DNA from: Nitrosopumilus sp.
GTDB lineage: Archaea; Thermoproteota; Nitrososphaeria; Nitrososphaerales; Nitrosopumilaceae
Assembly: GCA_016125975.1 (NCBI GenBank)
Contig: JAEFCZ010000006.1
Coordinates: 4,628 to 68,627 of the forward strand
Length of the DNA stretch: 64,000 nt
Direction of reading: 5' to 3'
Shown: piece by piece, positions 57,525-64,000 of the stretch
Position numbering within the stretch: position 1 is the stretch's first letter
Layout: each line of letters begins with the position of its first letter
The notes under the pieces: model-generated
Database searches by the model: none
What the model was told of the DNA's origin: nothing
What the model saw: the letters and a program-made list of their open reading frames with translations, nothing else
Translations under genes and position numbers: made by a program

Positions 57525-58493
57525 TTACTCTACCTCTGCTTGATCAAGCTTTGATAGAACTTTCATAATATCGCCTTTGATTTTATCTAAATCATCAATG
57601 TCTTCATCAACATCATCTGCTGATGTTGGTTCTGGTTTTTGGATTTCTGGTTCTGGAAGTGCTTTGTGTTCTGTAATTTTAGCAATTTCCTTGTTGATAT
57701 CTGGTTTTGTTTCTATTTTAGGCTCAGGTTTTACTGTAACTTCTTGAATAATCTCTATCTTATCTTCAACTTTTGGCTTTGGTTGAACAATTTCTTTTAC
57801 AATCTCTTCTTTTGGTTTGATTAATTCAGTTTGAATTGTTTTTGGTTGTGGCATTGGTTTTGGAATTTGTTTTTCTTCTTTTTCAAATAATGGGAATTTT
57901 GGTTCTTTTCTTGAAATATTTGTTAAAGTGGTTAATTCAAATGATTGTCGTGACTTTGTAGCGGGAATTGTTACTGGTTCTGTTTTTACTTCTTTTGGTT
58001 TATCAAAATTAAATGTGTTCTTAAATGAATTTGTAGATTGTTTTGTTTCCTTTTTGACTTCTGGTTCCTTTACTTTTGGCGTTTCAACTTTTGGAGTTGC
58101 CATCTTTGATGATAATTCATATAATCTATCATCTAGTTTTGATAATTTTTGATCCATTAATGTAATCAAACCGTCTCCAACAGGACCCAAGTCTGGATGC
58201 TTACTTGCTTGTTCAAGTTTTTCTAATTTTGCTAAAACAATACCAAGTTGATGTTGATATTTTAATAACAATTTGTCTTTTTGAATTTTTGAAAATTCTG
58301 AATCTGCTTGGTATAATCTTGAAATTGTTTTTGTTAGGATATCTTTTTCAATTTTTAATGAGTTAATCTGACTTTTAATATGTGAACTAGCGCTAAGGCT
58401 TAGTAGTTGATTTTTGTCTCTTGGCATTTTTCGTACAGCCGCAGCTGTAGCTACACCGGCTAATGAACTAAGAATAAGAGCAATTTCTTGCAT
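57525..58493 (-). CDS. hypothetical protein: TM anchor, coiled coil, K/P/E-rich low-complexity region
   Basis: Long ORF in the rpl37e-rpiA run. Confidence 0.75.
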   Translation of the reverse strand: MQEIALILSSLAGVATAAAVRKMPRDKNQLLSLSASSHIKSQINSLKIEKDILTKTISRLYQADSEFSKIQKDKLLLKYQHQLGIVLAKLEKLEQASKHPDLGPVGDGLITLMDQKLSKLDDRLYELSSKMATPKVETPKVKEPEVKKETKQSTNSFKNTFNFDKPKEVKTEPVTIPATKSRQSFELTTLTNISRKEPKFPLFEKEEKQIPKPMPQPKTIQTELIKPKEEIVKEIVQPKPKVEDKIEIIQEVTVKPEPKIETKPDINKEIAKITEHKALPEPEIQKPEPTSADDVDEDIDDLDKIKGDIMKVLSKLDQAEVE

Positions 58494-58661
58494 CTATGTA
58501 TACCATTTAATCCAGGAATATTTTCTTCTTTTGGCCTCTGGGAATCCACAACTTGCACATTGGTGATGACGTTTGTGAAGTGAGTTCTTTCCACATCTTC
58601 TGCATCTGATGTGTACTTTCTTCTTTGTAAAACCACCCATAGAAGTTGTACCTTTTACCAT
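58494..58661 (-). CDS. rpl37e: 50S ribosomal protein L37e (missed by ORF track)
   Basis: [10 protein letters not shown]...HIRCRRCG...CASCGFP. Confidence 0.95.
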
Positions 58662-58671
58662 TTCATATCAC

Positions 58672-58908
58672 CTAATTTTGTGCTGGTGGAGGAGAAATCA
58701 TAACCACATTGTCTCCTCTGACTATAATGGTTCCAAGGCCTTTTGAATCGCCTTCAGCAGGAATCTCCTCTGAAGAATCGAGTAGCAGGTTCATGTGTTG
58801 GTCAAAACCGAGTAAATTACCTCTAATGGTTTTGTTTCCTTTGAGTTTTATCAATACAACCTGACTGATACTCTCATCCAATACTTTTACTGCCATATCA
58901 ACGGACAT
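58672..58908 (-). CDS. Sm-like (Lsm) protein
   Basis: [11 protein letters not shown] and IVRGDNV motifs; adjacent to rpl37e. Confidence 0.93.
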   Translation of the reverse strand: MSVDMAVKVLDESISQVVLIKLKGNKTIRGNLLGFDQHMNLLLDSSEEIPAEGDSKGLGTIIVRGDNVVMISPPPAQN

Positions 58909-58965
58909 CTATTTCACTTATTGGCTTTGATATTGAGGGATTATATTAAAATTTCATTGGTGAAA

Positions 58966-59697
58966 CTATGAGCTACGCCCAGTAAGGCAAGTTTGACACT
59001 TTTTTCCAAGATTTCTTACTATTTCATCTAAAATCAACTGTCCGTCTTTTTTTGTAGCTTTTGTTGGATCTCCCCAAATGCCGTTTTTGGTAGCTTTTGG
59101 AAATGATTTATTTGCTAATTTCCCAATTCTCTTAATTTCTTGTTTTGTCATTTTTTCTGTAATGAGGCCTTTTCTTGCTGATTTCATTTTGACATTTTTT
59201 GATATTGCTAACATTAGTGATGTCTCTACAAATCCTGCATGATCAAAATCTCTATTCATAAAATGCCAATAAGAAAATGGAAATACTTTGAGTTTGTTTT
59301 TTAAGATTTTTTTCAATTTAACATCAATGTTTTTAATTGAATTTTGATTTCCGTGGTGTCCATTAATTATGAAAACAGTTTTGATATTATTATCCAAAAG
59401 TGAAGTGCATATATCCAATAAAATAGTCTGCAAGGTGAATTTTCTGATACTCAAATTAAAAAATGGAGCATGTTCAAATGATACTCCATAAGATAAAGTT
59501 GGAAGCAAAAAATATCCATTTTTTTCAGAAATTCTTTTTGCTACTTCTGTTACAATATCTGTATCAGTTGAAATAGGCAAATGTGGACCATGTTGTTCCA
59601 TTGAGCCTATTGGAATAACTGCAATCTGTTTTTTTCTTTTAATAGAACTTCTAAGATTAGGATCAAACTGCGTTTTTATGTCTACCATTTGATTCAC
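58966..59697 (-). CDS. creatininase family amidohydrolase
   Basis: PIGSMEQHGPHLP..TD, NGHHGN, HAG..ETS and G.WGDP motifs. Confidence 0.88.
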   Translation of the reverse strand: MNQMVDIKTQFDPNLRSSIKRKKQIAVIPIGSMEQHGPHLPISTDTDIVTEVAKRISEKNGYFLLPTLSYGVSFEHAPFFNLSIRKFTLQTILLDICTSLLDNNIKTVFIINGHHGNQNSIKNIDVKLKKILKNKLKVFPFSYWHFMNRDFDHAGFVETSLMLAISKNVKMKSARKGLITEKMTKQEIKRIGKLANKSFPKATKNGIWGDPTKATKKDGQLILDEIVRNLGKKCQTCLTGRSS

Positions 59698-60536
59698 TTT
59701 GATTTAACGTGAACCTTTCTCCAACGTACATCTAATTTATTTTCTAGATGCATCTTCATTGCCTTGAATAATGTGTCTGCTTCTAATTTTTGTCCATTTG
59801 CTTTTATTTTTTCTAGAGTATCGTTTGGATCTACCTTGAAAGAATCTTGGAAAATTATTGGTCCTTGATCTAAGTTTTCAGTTACGTAATGTGATGTAAC
59901 TCCTACAATTTTTGTTCCTCTTTCATAAGCTTGTGCATATGCTAGTGCGCCAGGGAATGCAGGCAACAATGATGGATGAATGTTAATGATTCTATTTGGA
60001 TATCTCCAAACAAAGTTAGGACTAAGAATTCTCATATATCTTGCAAGTGAGATTAAGTCAATATTGTATTTTTTACAAATCTGAATAATTTTCTCTTCGG
60101 CTTTTTGTTGATTTTTTTCTTCAATTACAACAAATGGAATTTTTGCTTTCTTTGCTAATGGTTCAAGTGTCTTTTCTGTACCTATTATTACTGAAATTTT
60201 TCCTTTCAGTGATCTTGACTTTGAGAGAATTGTTTGTAAACATAGAGGTTCTTTTGTCACCAATACTGCAATATTTTTTTGAGAATTTGTTTCATGATGA
60301 GTGCTTACATCCATTTTTTCTTTTTTACTCAAAATCTGAATTTCTGAATCAAATTTTTTTACATTAACTGCTTTTGAAAAAGAAACTTCAAGATACATTC
60401 CAAAAAGACCTTTGATTACATTTTGATTTACTTTCTCAATGTTTCCACCTTTTGAGAATGCAAAATTTGTAAATGTAGCTACAATTCCTTCTCTGTCTTT
60501 ACCAACAACTGTTATTCCAACTACAGTTTTTTTCAT
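59694..60536 (-). CDS. purU: formyltetrahydrofolate deformylase
   Basis: N-terminal ACT domain; LARYMRIL, NIHPSLLPAF and LDQGPII motifs. Confidence 0.9.
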   Translation of the reverse strand: MKKTVVGITVVGKDREGIVATFTNFAFSKGGNIEKVNQNVIKGLFGMYLEVSFSKAVNVKKFDSEIQILSKKEKMDVSTHHETNSQKNIAVLVTKEPLCLQTILSKSRSLKGKISVIIGTEKTLEPLAKKAKIPFVVIEEKNQQKAEEKIIQICKKYNIDLISLARYMRILSPNFVWRYPNRIINIHPSLLPAFPGALAYAQAYERGTKIVGVTSHYVTENLDQGPIIFQDSFKVDPNDTLEKIKANGQKLEADTLFKAMKMHLENKLDVRWRKVHVKSK

Positions 60537-60588
60537 GACTTTGTATGTTGAGAATTTTCTCATTATTAATCATTCACAGAAATCAATG

Positions 60589-60676
60589 TGGTGCGGGAGG
60601 TGGGATTTGAACCCACGAACTCCTAAGAGATAGGGTCCTAAGCCCTACGCCTTTGACCAGGCTGGGCGACTCCCGC
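60589..60676 (-). tRNA. tRNA-Leu(TAG), CCA encoded
   Basis: Anticodon arm TAGGG-CTTAGGA-CCCTA; long variable arm. Confidence 0.96.
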
Positions 60677-60723
60677 AACGGATTTGCCATTAAACACAAA
60701 TTTATCTATTATTGAATAACATC

Positions 60724-62073
60724 ATGGCAAAATTTTTTGGTACAAATGGAATTCGTGGTGTCTTTGATGAAGATTTTACATTGGAATTTGTTCATGATAT
60801 GACTCTGGCAATTGGAACTTATTTTGAAAAAGGACCAATATTGATTGGATATGATGGAAGAGATTCTAGTCCCGTTATTTGTAAAGTAGTAACTTCTGCT
60901 CTAAATTCAATAGGTATTGATTGCAATGTTGCAGGAATTGTTCCAACACCTTGTCTTGAATTTGCAGTAAAGAAATTGGGATATTCTGGTGGTATTATGA
61001 TTACTGCATCTCATAATCCTCCACAATACAATGGAATCAAACCTGCAGCATTTGATGGAGTAGAAATTTCGCGTGAAGATGAGTTAATTATTGAGGATAT
61101 CTATCTTCAAAAAAATTGGAACAAAAACACTGACAATTATGGAATTACAAAAAAAGAAGAGCGTGCAATTGATGTTTATCTAAACGGAATCATTTCACAA
61201 GTTAATTCTAAATTAATAGAATCAAAACATTTCAAGGTTGTTTTAGATCTTGGAAATGGTGCACAGGCAGTTTCTGCACCTAACTTTTGTAAATTAATTA
61301 ATTGTGAAACATTTCTTGTAAATGAAAATATTGATGGCACATTTCCAGGACGTGGTTCAGAACCTACGCCTCAAAATCTTTCAGAATTGTCAAAAACTGT
61401 AATTCAAAATAATGCTGATTTAGGAATTGCATTTGATGGCGATGGTGATCGTAGTATTTTTTGTGATAACAAAGGAAATATTTTGACTGGAGATAAATCT
61501 GCACTATTGTTAACTAAACATATCTTAACGAATAATCCAAAATCATTAGTTATTACATGTTTGAATTCTGGTTCTAATATTGAAGTTTTAGCAGAACAAT
61601 TTGATTCTAAAGTAATTCGTACAAAAGTTGGTAGTGTTGAAGTCTCAAGAAAAATGGTTCCAACTGATGCTTTAATTGGTTTTGAAGAAAATGGTGGCTT
61701 TATGTTTGGAAAACATAATCAAGTTCGAGATGGATGTATGACTTTGGCATTAATGCTTGATCTTTTAGCTGCATCTTCTAGTTCACTAAATGATGAAATT
61801 TCCAATATGCCTCCTTCTTTTACTACTAAAGATAAAGTACCATGTTTTCCAGAAAATGTTCCAAAACTAATTTCATCTCTAAAAGATGAGTTTCCAAATT
61901 CTGATACTACTGATGGTATCAAAATCAACATAGATTCAAGAAATTGGGTCATGATCCGACCTAGTGGAACAGAACCAATTGTAAGAGTATATGCAGAATC
62001 TCAAAGTCAGGAAAAATTAGACAATTTGATGTCTGAATATCTCCAAAAAGTTAAGACAATCATTTTCAGATAA
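60724..62073 (+). CDS. glmM: phosphoglucosamine mutase / phosphohexomutase
   Basis: FGTNGIRG, TASHNP, DGDGDR, GFEENGG and RPSGTEP motifs. Confidence 0.88.
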   Translation: MAKFFGTNGIRGVFDEDFTLEFVHDMTLAIGTYFEKGPILIGYDGRDSSPVICKVVTSALNSIGIDCNVAGIVPTPCLEFAVKKLGYSGGIMITASHNPPQYNGIKPAAFDGVEISREDELIIEDIYLQKNWNKNTDNYGITKKEERAIDVYLNGIISQVNSKLIESKHFKVVLDLGNGAQAVSAPNFCKLINCETFLVNENIDGTFPGRGSEPTPQNLSELSKTVIQNNADLGIAFDGDGDRSIFCDNKGNILTGDKSALLLTKHILTNNPKSLVITCLNSGSNIEVLAEQFDSKVIRTKVGSVEVSRKMVPTDALIGFEENGGFMFGKHNQVRDGCMTLALMLDLLAASSSSLNDEISNMPPSFTTKDKVPCFPENVPKLISSLKDEFPNSDTTDGIKINIDSRNWVMIRPSGTEPIVRVYAESQSQEKLDNLMSEYLQKVKTIIFR

Positions 62074-62110
62074 CACTTTTAAAACCAAACGTAACGATGA
62101 TGAGAATGGA

Positions 62111-62130
62111 GAATGAACCCTAAGGGTGAC
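62111..62130 (+). promoter_or_regulatory. K-turn/K-loop-like element in the rpl7ae 5' UTR
   Basis: AAUGA-ACCC-UAA-GGGU-GA overlapping the GGUGA SD-like sequence just upstream of the ATG. Confidence 0.55.
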
Positions 62131-62135
62131 GAAGT

Positions 62136-62522
62136 ATGGGAAAAGCATATTATGTTAAATTTGAGACGCCAGAGGACCTCGTAAATCCAATCTTAGAGGC
62201 TGTTAGAGTTGCATCTACCAGTGGCAAAGTCAAGAAAGGAACTAACGAAGCAACCAAGGCAATCGAACGTGGTACTAGCAAATTAATTGTCATTGCTGAA
62301 GATGTAGAACCTCCTGAGGTAGTTGCACATCTTCCAATTCTATGTGAAGAACAAGGAGCAGCATTTGCATTTGTTCCAAGCAAACAAGAATTAGGCAAAT
62401 CATTAGGTATTGACATTACTTCTGCCGCTGCAGCAATTTTGGATGCTGGTGACGCACAACACATTGTAGACCAAGTTGTCTCATCAATTGCTAAAATTAA
62501 AGGTGGAAAGACTGATCAATGA
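62136..62522 (+). CDS. rpl7ae: 50S ribosomal protein L7Ae
   Basis: [14 protein letters not shown] and [15 protein letters not shown] motifs. Confidence 0.97.
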   Translation: MGKAYYVKFETPEDLVNPILEAVRVASTSGKVKKGTNEATKAIERGTSKLIVIAEDVEPPEVVAHLPILCEEQGAAFAFVPSKQELGKSLGIDITSAAAAILDAGDAQHIVDQVVSSIAKIKGGKTDQ

Positions 62523-62731
62523 GCGCTACAACTGATGAAGTAGTTCACTCTGAAATTATTCAAATTGTTGGACGAACTGGTATTGCAGGCGAAGTAATTC
62601 AAGTTAGAGTTAAAGTTCTTACTGGAAAAGATAAAGGTAGAATTCTTACAAGAAACGTCAAAGGTTCTGTTAGATTAGGAGAAATTCTGATGCTAAGGGA
62701 AACAGAGAGAGAAGCAAAGAAGATCAAATAG
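62519..62731 (+). CDS. rps28e: 30S ribosomal protein S28e
   Basis: GRTG..GEV.QV and RNVKG.VR.G.IL.L.ETEREA motifs. Confidence 0.97.
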   Translation: MSATTDEVVHSEIIQIVGRTGIAGEVIQVRVKVLTGKDKGRILTRNVKGSVRLGEILMLRETEREAKKIK

Positions 62732-62742
62732 GTGTGTGTTGA

Positions 62743-62943
62743 ATGAGTCTTTTAGTTAAACCATGTAATTTCTGTAACAGACCCGTAGCAAAAGGTTCTG
62801 GTACAATGCTTGCAAAAAATGATGGAACTGTATTGTGGTTTTGTTCAGCAAAATGCAAAAAAAATGCACTAGATCTTAAGCGTGATCCAAGAAAATTCAA
62901 GTGGACAAAAAAATACGTTAAAGGCGGAATTAGAAAGAAGTAG
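62743..62943 (+). CDS. rpl24e: 50S ribosomal protein L24e
   Basis: CNFC...G.G...DG...FCSAKC and PRKFKWT motifs. Confidence 0.96.
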   Translation: MSLLVKPCNFCNRPVAKGSGTMLAKNDGTVLWFCSAKCKKNALDLKRDPRKFKWTKKYVKGGIRKK

Positions 62944-62945
62944 AA

Positions 62946-63347
62946 TTGACTGAAAAATCATTATTCATTGTAAAACCAGATGCAGTATCTAGAAATCTAA
63001 TTGGCGAAGTTGTCTCTAGATTTGAAAGAAAGGGATTCAAAATTTTGAAATTAAAGATGTTTACATTTACTCAACAACAAGCAGAAAACTTCTATGGTGT
63101 TCACAAAGACAAACCATTCTTTGGTGAACTAACATCATTTATCACATCAGGCCCTGTGGTTGCAGCAATTATTGAAGGAAATAATGCAATTGCAACTACT
63201 AGAATAATGATTGGAGCAACAAAATCTTTTGAAGCAGCACCTGGTTCCATTAGAGGTGACTTTGGATTAGGATTTAGTGAAAATATTATTCATGCATCAG
63301 ATTCACAAGAAAGTTTTGATCACGAATCGAGGGTAGCATTTGAGTGA
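62946..63347 (+). CDS. ndk: nucleoside diphosphate kinase
   Basis: [13 protein letters not shown] and NIIHASDS motifs. Confidence 0.97.
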   Translation: MTEKSLFIVKPDAVSRNLIGEVVSRFERKGFKILKLKMFTFTQQQAENFYGVHKDKPFFGELTSFITSGPVVAAIIEGNNAIATTRIMIGATKSFEAAPGSIRGDFGLGFSENIIHASDSQESFDHESRVAFE

Positions 63348-63353
63348 TCTGAT

Positions 63354-64000
63354 TTGCAAATTCGTCAGCCCATAGTGGCAGTTCTTGGTCACGTAGACTC
63401 TGGTAAAACATCCCTTTTAGATAGAATTCGTGGAACTGGTGTTCAAGGTAGAGAAGCTGGGGGAATTACACAACATATTGGTGCAAGTTTTCTTCCTACT
63501 GACACAATCAAAGAAACATGTGGTCCTCTATACAAGAAACTTGAGCAATCAGAAAATAAAGTTCCAGGAATTTTAGTTATTGACACTCCAGGACACGAAG
63601 TTTTTACAAATCTTCGTTCTCGTGGAGGATCTGCTGCTGATATTGCAATTTTAGTAGTTGATGTTAATCGTGGATTTCAACCACAAACAAATGAAAGTTT
63701 GAAAATTTTACAGAGTAGAAAAGTTCCTTTTGTTGTAGCTCTAAACAAATGTGATCAAATTTCTGGATGGCGAAAATCTGAGACGTCTTTTATTTCTCAA
63801 GCCATCAAAGAACAAGATGCATCTATTCAAGCCGATCTTGATCAAAAAATCTATGATGTGGTAGGAACACTTTCTATTTTAGGATATCAATCTGAGGCAT
63901 TTTATCGTGTAAAGGACTTTAAATCTGAAATCGCAATTGTTCCAATATCTGCTCGTTCTGGAGTTGGAATACCTGAATTACTTAGTGTTTTAGTTGGCTT
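63354..64000 (+). CDS. infB: translation initiation factor aIF5B/IF-2, truncated by the window end
   Basis: TTG start MQIRQPIV.VLGHVDSGKT; GGITQHIGA, DTPGHE and NKCD motifs. Confidence 0.95.
   Translation, partial: MQIRQPIVAVLGHVDSGKTSLLDRIRGTGVQGREAGGITQHIGASFLPTDTIKETCGPLYKKLEQSENKVPGILVIDTPGHEVFTNLRSRGGSAADIAILVVDVNRGFQPQTNESLKILQSRKVPFVVALNKCDQISGWRKSETSFISQAIKEQDASIQADLDQKIYDVVGTLSILGYQSEAFYRVKDFKSEIAIVPISARSGVGIPELLSVLVG

Noticed and set aside
57525-58200. KPE/VETPK-rich repeats as a tandem-repeat locus
   Set aside because: Ordinary low-complexity protein linker with no exact DNA periodicity.

Overview
AT-rich archaeal chromosomal segment from an ammonia-oxidising thaumarchaeote (Nitrosopumilus-like, inferred from gene content and order). 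The core backbone runs: his operon, thrC with a ubiquitin-like/E1 fusion, the copper-only cox operon, ilvE, aspartate kinase, the 4-hydroxybutyrate-CoA ligase/dehydratase pair of the 3HP/4HB cycle, trxA, pyrC-like, rpiA, purU, glmM, rpl7ae-rps28e-rpl24e-ndk-infB. There are five tRNAs: Arg-TCG, Lys-CTT, Val-TAC, Ala-CGC and Leu-TAG. The accessory part is a tandem of two integrated elements at tRNA-Val(TAC), marked by three copies of the tRNA 3' end (25634, 26908, 40482). The first is a collapsed 1.3 kb remnant. The second is a 13.6 kb decaying plasmid-like element with a tyrosine integrase carrying an in-frame TGA and a frameshifted HUH rolling-circle Rep. Best leads inside the large element: (i) an intact DUF3800 RNase H-fold gene with a convergent, separately promoted ~70 nt structured RNA directly downstream, next to a PD-(D/E)XK and a HEPN gene; (ii) an element-encoded TFB together with a repeated bipartite promoter motif (TAGCACTAG...TATCACTAG-TTAAATA) upstream of several cargo genes, suggesting a private regulon that may respond to light or UV. 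Other leads: a candidate three-way-junction ncRNA at ~22945-23035, an amber-interrupted lysyl-oxidase homologue, and several unusual domain fusions. All family assignments come from motif recognition by eye; no database searches were run.
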